Counted from the first letter of the stretch, positions 8,673-17,527 are shown. The stretch: 32,000 bases of DNA from Halogeometricum borinquense DSM 11551 (GCF_000172995.2 NC_014729.1:2550001-2582000), one strand, 5' to 3'. Translations and numbers: made by a program. The notes: a model not told the origin generated them from the sequence alone.

Positions 8673-9503
8673 ATGACCGATCGGGATCCGTCACTGCGCG
8701 CGGTCCTCGATGGCACGGATGTTGTCGGCAAAAAGTGGCACCCAGCTGTTGTCTACTCGCTCGTTAGCAACGGCCCAGCGGGGTTTTCCGACCTCGAACG
8801 ACGACTCGACATCTCCTCGAAAGTCCTCAGTGAGACGCTTGCGGACCTCGTTGACGACGGACTCATCGAGCGGAACGAGCTCCAGACAAGTCCGCTCCGC
8901 GTCGAGTACACGCCGACGACGGCAGGGCACGAACTCGCCAGTATCCTCGGTGACCTCGGTCGATGGACCGAACGGTACCACGACAACGAAACACCCGTCG
9001 TCTTGGTCGTCGACGACGACGCACGCCTCACCGAACTCTACACGTCGATGCTCTCGGAGTTCGAGGTTCGGACGGCCAACGACGGCACCGAGGGACTGTC
9101 GAAAGTAGACGAGACGGTCGATGCCGTCCTCCTCGACCGGAAGATGCCGGACGTATCCGGTGAACACGTCGCCCAGTGCATCGCAGCGGAGTATCCGTCA
9201 ATCCGGGTCGCACTTCTCGCGTCCGCCCGTTTGGACGAGCAAACGCTGTCAGTTCCGTTCGACCGGTACGTCAGAAAACCGGTGACGGCAACGGAGTTAA
9301 CCGAAACCGTGGAGGCCCTGTTGACGCCGCGTTCGGAAGTCGTCAGGAAGTATCTCTCAGTCGTCGCCAAGATGGCGGCGTTCCACGGTGACACCTCCGT
9401 CGAAGCGTACCGCGATCTTGAAGAGCGGAGAGAGTCCCTCTCGCACGAACTGAACGATCCCAAAGGAGTCGCTGCCGAAGCGGGACTCGTCTCCGAAGAG
9501 TAG
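8673..9503 (+). CDS. Three-domain regulator: HxlR-type winged helix, response-regulator receiver, HalX coiled-coil
   Basis: HxlR block VVGKKWHPAVVYSLVSNGPAGFSDLERRLDISSKVLSETLADLVDDGLIERNELQTSPLRVEYTPTTAGHEL. Canonical receiver with VVLVVDDD, AVLLDRKMPDVSG and YVRKP. C-terminal HalX-like helix VVRKYLSVVAKMAAFHG...YRDLEERRESL. Confidence 0.8.
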   Translation: MTDRDPSLRAVLDGTDVVGKKWHPAVVYSLVSNGPAGFSDLERRLDISSKVLSETLADLVDDGLIERNELQTSPLRVEYTPTTAGHELASILGDLGRWTERYHDNETPVVLVVDDDARLTELYTSMLSEFEVRTANDGTEGLSKVDETVDAVLLDRKMPDVSGEHVAQCIAAEYPSIRVALLASARLDEQTLSVPFDRYVRKPVTATELTETVEALLTPRSEVVRKYLSVVAKMAAFHGDTSVEAYRDLEERRESLSHELNDPKGVAAEAGLVSEE

Positions 9504-9595
9504 CGAAAACAGTCGTCAGTCCGCGTTGAACGTCCGTCCGAATCGAACGGCCGTCGGTCTGCATCGAACGGCTGTCTGTTCACGTCAAACAGCAG

Positions 9596-10030
9596 TTACT
9601 CGCGTCGAGTAGTCATCTCGGAGTCGTCATCGGGTGAAGCGACCCGGAAGTCGTCGAGTTCGGTCGTACACCACTGACAGAAGTCGAGATCGCCGTCGAG
9701 TTCCTTTCCGCAGTACGGACAGTGCGTGATGGTCCCGTCGGGATTGACAGTGCGCTTTGCGGTCTCGTTCTGCGCACGGGCGACGAGGTACGCGTCGAAC
9801 GCGCTGGCAAGGACGACAGCAAGCACGGGGAACATCGGGGCAATCGGACCCTGATGATATAAGAACGCCTCCGCCTCGGCCGGTTCGACAAACAGTATAC
9901 CAGTGGCCATAGCAGTTGCCACCCACCCGAACGCACGCTTCCACCGGCGGAGATAGATATGGCCGGCACCCGTCGCCAGCGCTCCGAGAACAGCGGCGAG
10001 CCACGGCCGTTTCCGTGATTTCAGCTCCAT
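9596..10030 (-). CDS. Membrane protein with C-terminal zinc ribbon
   Basis: Three hydrophobic helices (PWLAAVLGALATGAGHIYL, GWVATAMATGILFV, MFPVLAVVLASAFDAYLV), then CPYCGKEL...CQWC. Start taken at MELKSRKRPW (10030) rather than the upstream Met at 10105. Confidence 0.65.
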   Translation of the reverse strand: MELKSRKRPWLAAVLGALATGAGHIYLRRWKRAFGWVATAMATGILFVEPAEAEAFLYHQGPIAPMFPVLAVVLASAFDAYLVARAQNETAKRTVNPDGTITHCPYCGKELDGDLDFCQWCTTELDDFRVASPDDDSEMTTRRE

Positions 10031-10126
10031 ATCACAAACTGAACGTTCAGTCAGGATAACTCTTGGGGCACGGTCCGAGCAGATCAACCCCCGGTGAACA
10101 GCCATCTGAGCCGGTTTTCGACGGGA

Positions 10127-10768
10127 TCACATCGAACCAAGCGTCGTCTCGATTGCCAGACGGACCGCTCGCGTCTGCGTAGTAAGGGCCATGCTCGGTG
10201 GCACTGATCCACCGCGTGTTGCCTCATTCTCCCGGGCCGCGGCGGCGGCCAACGATGGAGAGAACGGGAGATGAACGAACCCCGACCGAGTCTCTCGGTC
10301 GTCGCGTTCGACAGCGTGGCGGACGGTGTAGAGCGCATCGTTACACAGATGCGTTCCCGCCGTGTTCGAGAGACAGGCCGGGATGCCCTCATCTAAGAGG
10401 TCGGTGACGACGGACTCGACAGGAAGCGTCGAGAAGTACGCTGCCGGGCCGTCAGCGAGACGTTCGTTCCGCGGATCTGCGCCCACGTTGTCGGGCGTCG
10501 TCACCGCGTCAGCGACGTTGACGCCGACTCGTTCGATTCGGACGGCCGCAGACCCGCGGGCGACGCCGGTCGAGACGAAAACCGTCGGGTCGTGCTCTGC
10601 GAGCAGCGACTCCAGTCGGTCCGTCACAGAATCGAAAGCAACGGGAAGGACAGCACCGACGACCGATTCGCCCGCAACGGTCTCGCCGTCGAGTTCGGCG
10701 GCGACGTGTGCAGTCGGGTTCGTGTCGAGTTCTCCGAACGGTTCGTAGCCGGTGACGACGACGGTCAC
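10127..10768 (-). CDS. pcp: Pyroglutamyl-peptidase I (pyrrolidone-carboxylate peptidase)
   Basis: Family-typical N-terminus VVVTGYEPFGELDTNPT. Catalytic triad context: RIERVGVN (Glu), SNTAGTHLCN (Cys), GFVHLP (His). Confidence 0.9.
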   Translation of the reverse strand: MTVVVTGYEPFGELDTNPTAHVAAELDGETVAGESVVGAVLPVAFDSVTDRLESLLAEHDPTVFVSTGVARGSAAVRIERVGVNVADAVTTPDNVGADPRNERLADGPAAYFSTLPVESVVTDLLDEGIPACLSNTAGTHLCNDALYTVRHAVERDDRETRSGFVHLPFSPSLAAAAARENEATRGGSVPPSMALTTQTRAVRLAIETTLGSM

Positions 10769-10935
10769 GTGCGAACCTCCGGTGTGGACGCTGCGAACAT
10801 GATTGGGAGTCGTCGCCGACGGAAATGAACGTCCGGGTATCGGCTGATCGGTCGCATCTGCTACAGCTTTACCCTCGTTCGCCGCCTCACTACAGCTATG
10901 TCGGACTCCAGAGCGAGCGACGGAGGGCAGACCGC

Positions 10936-11877
10936 ATGCCGTCGATAGCCGAACTGTTTATCGATATAGTCGGTCCAAATCCGGTGCTGCAGGGGTTAGC
11001 GGGCGGCATCGTCATCGCGTTCATGAATCTGCTCGGTGCCGTCTTGGTCCTCATCTGGCGGAATCCGACCGAGCGGTCGCTCGACGGCGCGCTGGGATTC
11101 GCCGCGGGCGTGATGTTGTCTGCGAGTTTCACGAGTCTGTTGCTCCCCGGCATCGATTTCGCATCCGATCCCGCGTACCGCCCGTTCACTCCCGGCGGCA
11201 TCGAACTTGCGGGCATCACCCCGGTTCTCATCGGATTCGGTCTCGGCGTCATCCTCCTCGATCAAGGCGAGCGATGGGTGCAGTACGTTGGGCCGCTGAT
11301 CAGCGGAGAGTTGACCGACCGCGCCGAGTCCGACGGTGGCGAGGGAACCGATGATTGGCAACGCTCGTCGGATTCGGTGTCCGACGGAGGCATCAAGCGG
11401 GCCGGAGCGATGGTAGAGCAAGCCGACTCTCGCGTCGTCGGCGTCCTGCTTTTTACCGTTGCTATCACCCTCCACAACATGCCCGAAGGGTTGGCCGTCG
11501 GCGTCGGCTTCGGATCGGGAGACGTGACTAACGCCATCGGTCTCATGCTCGCGATTGGCATCCAGAATATTCCGGAGGGGTTGGCCGTCTCAGTTGCCGC
11601 AATCAACGCGGGCCTCGGTCGGACGTACTACGCCGCAGTCGCCGGTATCCGAGCAGGTATCGTCGAGATACCGCTCGCAGTGTTCGGCGCGTGGGCCGTC
11701 GTCGCCGCGGCACCGCTTCTTCCCTACGCGATGGGCTTTGCCGCAGGCGGGATGCTGTACGTCCTCGGCGACGAAATCATCCCGGAGACACACGCACACG
11801 GCCACGAGCGACTCGCGACGCTCACGATGATGGGCGGAGCCATCGTCATGCTGACGCTCGACGTATTACTCGGATGA
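10936..11877 (+). CDS. ZIP-family divalent metal transporter (ZupT-like) with an acidic cytoplasmic loop
   Basis: ZIP signature helices HNMPEGLAVGVGF and GIQNIPEGLAVS, about 8 TM segments, and an acidic insert DRAESDGGEGTDDWQRSSDS. Start chosen at MPSIAELF; the ORF track's upstream extension is Arg-rich. Confidence 0.85.
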   Translation: MPSIAELFIDIVGPNPVLQGLAGGIVIAFMNLLGAVLVLIWRNPTERSLDGALGFAAGVMLSASFTSLLLPGIDFASDPAYRPFTPGGIELAGITPVLIGFGLGVILLDQGERWVQYVGPLISGELTDRAESDGGEGTDDWQRSSDSVSDGGIKRAGAMVEQADSRVVGVLLFTVAITLHNMPEGLAVGVGFGSGDVTNAIGLMLAIGIQNIPEGLAVSVAAINAGLGRTYYAAVAGIRAGIVEIPLAVFGAWAVVAAAPLLPYAMGFAAGGMLYVLGDEIIPETHAHGHERLATLTMMGGAIVMLTLDVLLG

Positions 11878-11920
11878 CAACGAATGAGAGGCAGTAGAGT
11901 GTGCGAGCAGAACGGAGCAG

Positions 11921-12100
11921 TCAGTTCGTCTCGCCCGTGAACCGAGCGAACGGGTAAACGAGAACCAACGCGAGAAGGAGGAAAAACGCGGCACCGAGCG
12001 CCAATACGATACTTTCGGTGACAACGCCGACGCCGAGAACCAGCGCCGAAAATCCCGTTCCGGCGACTATCACGTCGAGAACCGGCCCGGACGAATCCAT
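11921..12100 (-). CDS. Small (59 aa) two-helix membrane protein, below the ORF-track cutoff
   Basis: My own translation: MDSSGPVLDVIVAGTGFSALVLGVGVVTESIVLALGAAFFLLLALVLVYPFARFTGETN*. It has GC-rich third positions and two clear hydrophobic segments. The overlapping 127-aa ORF 11724-12107 is in another frame and is Arg-rich. Confidence 0.4.
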   Translation of the reverse strand: MDSSGPVLDVIVAGTGFSALVLGVGVVTESIVLALGAAFFLLLALVLVYPFARFTGETN

Positions 12101-12371
12101 ACAGCACGTCGGAGAGCGGCCCGTAAGAGTGTACCCATCAGCCCGATTTGAGTGCGCACTCGCTCGCAGACCAGACGAACGACCGAAAAGGCAGGTGTGT
12201 GGGGCGACATAACGCAGCTAAGTACGCCGTTAATCTAGCGTCGATTGTGGCTAGTAGTTGGTACGGGAAGGTAATATTTCAGTAACTCCTGACTGTCCGG
12301 ATTAGGAGACATTATATCGTGTAGAATTATGCTGAATTATATGTCCGGCGCGAGTGTGAGTCCGGTACAGA

Positions 12372-14066
12372 ATGTCCCGGCTGATACCGCTCGTAGTCGC
12401 CCTCCTGCTTGTGACAGCGGGATGTACGTCTGCGGGACCACAATCCTCCGATGACAGTGACGTCACAACGGATATTGCGACGGCAAAGACGGTGAGCGAG
12501 CAGACAACAGGAGACGCTGAAGCGTCAGCGACGGCTGAGGAGCCAGTTGACGACGCGTCGGAGGCGGGCGCAGATGGAAAGACGAGGCAAGCAGAGACGG
12601 GCGCGGACGAGACAGGCGTAGGCGATGCAAACGCGAGTGATGGAAGCGAGTCGGACTCGGCGACGGTATCAACCGCCGGTTCGTCGGCGGGCAACGGCGG
12701 CAACGCAGGCACGTCCGCCGAGAACGGCGGTGGGGACAACGCGAACGCAGGTTCGCAGAACGACGTGGGGGAGAACAATCCAGCAGGGGGCAATAATCCG
12801 GCCGCCGAGAGTAATCCGACAGGAGAGAACAGAGACAGTACCACGACAGAGACAACGACCACCTCGTCAGACGACGCGAAGCAGACGGAATGGACCGTCA
12901 CTGTGGACGAAATCGTCGAAGCCGACACGATAACAGTCAAATTCGCAGACGGGAGCATCGAGGAGGTCAAACTCGTCGGCGTGGACGCACCTGACGGACA
13001 GTACGACGATAGCGACTTCGAGGGCATGCCGACCGAAGACGGCGGCGACGCGTGGCTGGACGGTTGGGTCAGCAATGCGACCGACTTTACGCGCGAGAAA
13101 GTTGGTGGCGAAGAAGTGACGATCCGCGTCGATTCCACGACGGACCGCCGCGACTCGCAGGGTCGTCTCCTCGTCTACCTCGAATCACGCGGTGAGACGC
13201 TGAACGAACAACTCGTCCAACAGGGCCACGCACAGGTGTCGGACCGTTCGTTCGTGGAGCGGTCGAGCTACGAATCGGCCGAGACGAACGCACAGCAGGG
13301 CTACACCGGTCTCTGGCAGTTCTTCGAGCCAGATCCACTTGATGGTGGCACCGAAACGCCGGAGGGTGGAACTGAGACGCCCACAGACGAGACGGATATA
13401 GAGAACCGGAGTTCGTGGACCGTTACCGTCGAAAACGTCGTCGCGGGCGACCGTCTCGAAGTTACGTTCGAGGATGGACACACCGAGGTGGTCCAACTCG
13501 TCGGCGTCGATACCCCCGACGGCGACTACGACAGCGACGACTTCCACGGAATGGCCGCGGAAGACGGCGGTGAGGAGTGGCTGAACGAGTGGGACGGCAA
13601 AGCCGAATCGTTCACCAGCGATAAAGTGAGCGGTGAGGAGGTGACGATTCGCGTCGATTCGAAAGCAGACCGGCGCGACTCGCAGGGCCGTCTCCTAGTG
13701 TACGTCGATTACGGGGCCAGCGATACCCTAAACGAGAAATTGATACAGCAAGGCTACGCACAGGTGTCGGACCGAACGTTCTCCGAAGTGGAGGCGTTTG
13801 AAGACGCCGAAACGGGGGCGTCACAGGGTTACAGCGGCCTCTGGGAGTTCTTCTGGGAGGACCCGCTGGCGACCGAGACACCCACGGACCCCGAAACGCC
13901 GACCGAAACGACACCCGAGACAGAAACGAGTACGCAGACCGAAGCGAAAACGCCAACAGAGACGGAATCGACGGCGACAGAATCCGAGGGCACCACCGAG
14001 ACACAGACGGAAGCCGAGTCAACAACCACTGAGACGAGTGACGATCAGACGACAGCCACTGCCTAA
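12372..14066 (+). CDS. Secreted lipoprotein with two tandem thermonuclease (staphylococcal nuclease-like) domains
   Basis: Signal plus lipobox MSRLIPLVVALLLVTAGC. A long D/E/G/N/T low-complexity linker follows. Two SNase-like modules follow: VKLVGVDAPDG...DRRDSQGRLLVYL...LNEQLVQQGHAQV...GLWQF and VQLVGVDTPDG...DRRDSQGRLLVYV...LNEKLIQQGYAQV...GLWEF. Thr/Glu/Pro-rich C-terminal tail. Confidence 0.85.
   Translation: MSRLIPLVVALLLVTAGCTSAGPQSSDDSDVTTDIATAKTVSEQTTGDAEASATAEEPVDDASEAGADGKTRQAETGADETGVGDANASDGSESDSATVSTAGSSAGNGGNAGTSAENGGGDNANAGSQNDVGENNPAGGNNPAAESNPTGENRDSTTTETTTTSSDDAKQTEWTVTVDEIVEADTITVKFADGSIEEVKLVGVDAPDGQYDDSDFEGMPTEDGGDAWLDGWVSNATDFTREKVGGEEVTIRVDSTTDRRDSQGRLLVYLESRGETLNEQLVQQGHAQVSDRSFVERSSYESAETNAQQGYTGLWQFFEPDPLDGGTETPEGGTETPTDETDIENRSSWTVTVENVVAGDRLEVTFEDGHTEVVQLVGVDTPDGDYDSDDFHGMAAEDGGEEWLNEWDGKAESFTSDKVSGEEVTIRVDSKADRRDSQGRLLVYVDYGASDTLNEKLIQQGYAQVSDRTFSEVEAFEDAETGASQGYSGLWEFFWEDPLATETPTDPETPTETTPETETSTQTEAKTPTETESTATESEGTTETQTEAESTTTETSDDQTTATA
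12891..13860 (+). repeat. Intragenic tandem duplication of the nuclease module (period 525 nt / 175 aa)
   Basis: WTVTVDEIV starts at 12891 and WTVTVENVV at 13416. The two modules align along their whole length. Confidence 0.85.
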
Positions 14067-14245
14067 CGCAAGCCCTCAGAATCGGTTTATATCGAATAAT
14101 CTATATTTATTTTGAGAGACTAGTATCCAGACTGATTGGGAGAATTATCCGCCTCAGACGCTAATAGTCCGGTTGAGTCGCTCGTTTCTCGCAGTTTGAG
14201 ATTTATCTTCGGTTGATATGTACCTCACAGGATAAGCAGAAACTG

Positions 14246-15397
14246 ATGACAAACGAAGTTGGCGCTCCTGGTGACGGAATCTCGCGCAGAAAGTTTCTCG
14301 CCGCGACGGGGTCCACGGGGCTTTTCGCCTCCGCCGGTTGCCTGACGAGTTCGACGCCGACGGTTTCGCAGGTCGATGCCGCCGGTTCGACTACGCAGGC
14401 CGTCGCTGGCGACCTCCCGACGACCGGTCGGCCCGAAGTGGTTGATCTCGGCGAACGCGACAACCACGTGACGCTGAAGACCGTGAGCGCGGTCCACCAC
14501 GTCCACCCCGGCGAGACGATGAACGGCCCGATCACGCTCCCCGTCGTGTGGGCGTGGCAAGCAGACGACGGCACGCCGTCGGTTCCCGGTCCCATTCTCC
14601 GCATTCAAGAGGGTGAGACGTTCACGGTCACCCTCGACAACTCGGGGATGGACATGCCCCACACGCTCCACGTCCACGGTCTACGGAAGACGTGGGAGAA
14701 CGACGGCGTGCCGACGACGACCGGAATCACCGTCGAAGCGGGCGAAAAACACACGTACGAGTTCACGGCCAACGTGGCCGGGACCCATCTCTATCACTGC
14801 CACTACCAGACGCCACGGCACATGGATATGGGGATGTTCGGTATCCTCCGCGTCGAGCCAAAGGGGTACGAACGGGCCGACAAGGAGTACTACATGACGG
14901 TCAAAGAGTGGGACACGCGCCTCTCGCGGCAGTACGGCGGCCAAGACGCCACGTACGACATCACCAACCGGATGATGGACACGTTCACCATCAACGGGAA
15001 GTCCGCGCCCGCGACGTTCCACCCCGAAACCGGGTCGCCGATTATTGTTGATCCCGGTGATACGGTTCGCGTCCACTGGGTAAATGCCGGGTTCCACTCG
15101 CACCCGATGCACCTGCATAACCACCGCTTCAAAGTGGTTGAGAAGGACGGATCAGCCATCCCCGAGCAGATGCAACTCCTGCAGGACGTGGTGAACATCG
15201 CCCCCGCAGAACGGTACACCGTCGAGTTCACCGCGGACGCCGACCCCGGTATCTACCTCATGCACTGCCACAAGGTGGACCACGTCCGCAACGGGTCCTC
15301 GTACCCGGGTGGAATGCTTTCTGCGGTCGTCTACACGCCAGTGATGGACACGGATCTGTTCAAACAGGTGATGGCCTACGCCGGATACGAGGTGTGA
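14246..15397 (+). CDS. Two-domain multicopper oxidase, Tat-exported lipoprotein
   Basis: Twin-arginine signal plus lipobox GISRRKFLAATGSTGLFASAGC. Copper motifs HTLHVHG and HLYHCHYQTPRHMDMGM in domain 1, HPMHLHNH and LMHCHKVDH in domain 2. About 380 aa, which is too short for a three-domain laccase. Start chosen at MTNEVG (14246). Confidence 0.85.
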   Translation: MTNEVGAPGDGISRRKFLAATGSTGLFASAGCLTSSTPTVSQVDAAGSTTQAVAGDLPTTGRPEVVDLGERDNHVTLKTVSAVHHVHPGETMNGPITLPVVWAWQADDGTPSVPGPILRIQEGETFTVTLDNSGMDMPHTLHVHGLRKTWENDGVPTTTGITVEAGEKHTYEFTANVAGTHLYHCHYQTPRHMDMGMFGILRVEPKGYERADKEYYMTVKEWDTRLSRQYGGQDATYDITNRMMDTFTINGKSAPATFHPETGSPIIVDPGDTVRVHWVNAGFHSHPMHLHNHRFKVVEKDGSAIPEQMQLLQDVVNIAPAERYTVEFTADADPGIYLMHCHKVDHVRNGSSYPGGMLSAVVYTPVMDTDLFKQVMAYAGYEV

Positions 15398-15398
15398 G

Positions 15399-16436
15399 AT
15401 GACGACGTACTCGCGCCGAGAGATGCTGGTCGGCACCGGAGCGCTGATGGGATCTGCACTGCTCGCCCGCCCGGCTCGTGCAGCGGACGCGACGGATCTG
15501 ACCGAGTGGTTGGCCAAAACTGATGGCGCAGATACCGTCGTTGACGCCACGGGACGCGACGAGGTTGTCGTCGAAGTTGGGACGGCAGGTAACGGCGGCG
15601 ACTTCGGATTCTCACCGGCCGTCGTCCGCGTCTCACCGGAGACCACAGTCACGTGGAAATGGACCGGAAAAGGAGGCAGTCACAACGTCGTCGCAGAAGA
15701 CGGCACGTTCGAGTCGGAGTACTACTCAGACGCAGGAGCGACGTTCGCCCAGACGGTCTCCACATCGGATGTGATTCCCTACGCCTGCGCACCGCACAGT
15801 GCGATGGGGATGCGCGGCGCACTCGTCGTCGGGGATGTCGAAGTGACGCTTCCGGGTGGAACAGGAGCAAGCGGTGAGGCCGGAGCGAGCGCGTCAGACG
15901 GATCAACCGGTGAGAGCGAATCAGACGAGACATCCGCCGACGCTTCGGCGCAGAGCTTCGACGGATGGCTAGCCGGGACAGACAATTACGATGGAATCAA
16001 GGACCACCGCGGAGAGTCCGAGGTGACTATCGAAGTCGGCGCGACGGGCAACGGTGGCGAGTTCGCCTTCGAACCCGCTGCAATTCACATCGATCCCGGA
16101 ACGGTTGTCCGATGGGAGTGGGTCGGTACAGCAGGCGCGTACGATGTGATGGACGAACAGGTCGGATACGCGAGCGACCAACTGCGCGGCACCGGACACG
16201 AGTACGCTCTCGCCTTCGACGGCGACGGCCTCTCGAAGTACGAGTGTACGAAGTACGGTGACAAAGGGATGCGCGGCGTCGTCCTCGTCGGCGACGGCCC
16301 CGTAGACGTGCTGACGCCACAGGGTGTCGGGGTTGCCGCGGGTACCGTCGGACTGGCGACGGCAGGTGCCGTCCTCGGCGTCGGACTACATCTCCGTACG
16401 ATGTCCGAGTACGACCCAGAGCGTGACGACAACTGA
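15399..16436 (+). CDS. Two-domain halocyanin (blue copper protein) with Tat signal and C-terminal TM anchor
   Basis: Tat signal YSRREMLVGTGALMGSALLARPARA. Domain 1 has canonical type-1 Cu ligands (GGSHNVV, YACAPHSAMGM). Domain 2 is homologous but reads AGAYDVM and YECTKYGDKGM. C-terminal helix VGVAAGTVGLATAGAVLGVGL. The ATG lies 1 nt after the multicopper oxidase stop codon. Confidence 0.85.
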   Translation: MTTYSRREMLVGTGALMGSALLARPARAADATDLTEWLAKTDGADTVVDATGRDEVVVEVGTAGNGGDFGFSPAVVRVSPETTVTWKWTGKGGSHNVVAEDGTFESEYYSDAGATFAQTVSTSDVIPYACAPHSAMGMRGALVVGDVEVTLPGGTGASGEAGASASDGSTGESESDETSADASAQSFDGWLAGTDNYDGIKDHRGESEVTIEVGATGNGGEFAFEPAAIHIDPGTVVRWEWVGTAGAYDVMDEQVGYASDQLRGTGHEYALAFDGDGLSKYECTKYGDKGMRGVVLVGDGPVDVLTPQGVGVAAGTVGLATAGAVLGVGLHLRTMSEYDPERDDN

Positions 16437-16491
16437 GGTCTGTTCGTCACAATTCGAATCGAGGCAGTCGGTCTGCTTTTTCTGACGCGGT

Positions 16492-17127
16492 TCACGACAC
16501 CTCTCGGCGGTTAAACGCACTCGGACGCCAACGAAACACGTCACCGTAGGCATCCCAGCGGTCCGTCTCTCGGAGGACGTACGACGCTAACTGCGGATTC
16601 CGAACGAGTTCGAGTTCGGCGATATGTATCCGGAGTGGTTCGAACAGTTCGTCGAACCCTTGGTCGGTCCGAACAGTCTGCTCGGTGCCCTCTTCAGGTT
16701 CAAACTCGACGATGACGCCGTCGTTCGTGACAGTCCCTCGCTGCGTTCGTTGCCAGAATTGGTACGTATCGAACGGAATCGTCTCGGTTGGCGGTTGCTC
16801 CCGGACGACCTGCGATTTGAACCGGTACGCGTTCGGACCGTCGTCGTAGTTCGGTCGCCACAGAAAGCCCCGGACGTGGAGCTTAAGCGTTCGGCCGCGC
16901 GTGACGCCACCGACGACTTTCACCTCCGTAGATGGATACTCGTCACCGTCGAATTCGACACCCGTGAGCGTTCCGTAGTACGTCCGCGCCTCGGAGAACT
17001 GGTAGGGGGCCGAGACTTCGTGTGCGCGTTCGAGCGTCGGCGGGATACGAGGTGGCCGAGACGGTTCATCTCCCTGTCCGGCCCACGCGTCGGCGTCCCC
17101 ATCCCTCGGATTGAGCCAAGTGGCCAT
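16492..17127 (-). CDS. Hypothetical protein (Trp/Arg-rich, less acidic than its neighbours)
   Basis: Open frame with GC-rich third positions. Start taken at MATWLNPRDGD (17127). No recognisable motif. Abuts an AT-rich island. Confidence 0.5.
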   Translation of the reverse strand: MATWLNPRDGDADAWAGQGDEPSRPPRIPPTLERAHEVSAPYQFSEARTYYGTLTGVEFDGDEYPSTEVKVVGGVTRGRTLKLHVRGFLWRPNYDDGPNAYRFKSQVVREQPPTETIPFDTYQFWQRTQRGTVTNDGVIVEFEPEEGTEQTVRTDQGFDELFEPLRIHIAELELVRNPQLASYVLRETDRWDAYGDVFRWRPSAFNRREVS

Positions 17128-17426
17128 ACTTCTAGTCACACTTAGACAATGATAAACATTGACATAGAGTATCAAAATATAGAATTAATATTACCAATTA
17201 GATATGATAGGTTGAGGAACAATGCACCTATCGGGAGATTTGTGTTCTGATTGTAACCAAATGAAGGTCTGCATTTGTAAATGATACACTAGAGAAGGGT
17301 TATGATGAGATATTAGATGTGTGTGAGATGAGTAGTCAACTGAACCAGTCGCGTCGGTGAGCGATAGCACCACTACCGCTTGCAGAACGAAATCGAAACA
17401 TCGCTCCTGATGCTCGCGGTCTTTTC

Positions 17427-17449
17427 ATGGGCCCTGACGGATTCGAACC
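17427..17449 (-). repeat. Orphan duplicate of the last 22 nt of tRNA-CAU plus 1 flanking nt
   Basis: atgggccctgacggattcgaacc at 17427-17449 is identical to 17527-17549, which is the 3' end of the tRNA gene. The offset is exactly 100 bp. Confidence 0.85.
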
Positions 17450-17527
17450 GCGGTCGCAGCAAGCTGCTCCCTGCTCCGAATCCGACAGCAGAACAGGCAC
17501 GGTCCTCGCTGTCGCTCGGACACTCTA

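Noticed and set aside
9520-9595. Loose repeats of atcgaacggcYgtc and a ctgtt..aacag hairpin between two convergent genes
   Set aside because: They are degenerate and short. Bidirectional termination signals or chance are the most likely explanations.
11724-12107. 127-aa minus-strand ORF
   Set aside because: It is Arg-rich and overlaps the 3' end of the ZIP gene. A better small membrane ORF exists in another frame at 11921-12100.
17297-17347. C/D-box sRNA-like pattern ggtt-ATGATGA-31 nt-CTGA-aacc in the AT-rich island
   Set aside because: It is too short (42 nt box to box). There are no convincing D' or C' boxes. The second guide would be only 7 nt, and the AT-rich guide is unlikely to match GC-rich haloarchaeal rRNA or tRNA.
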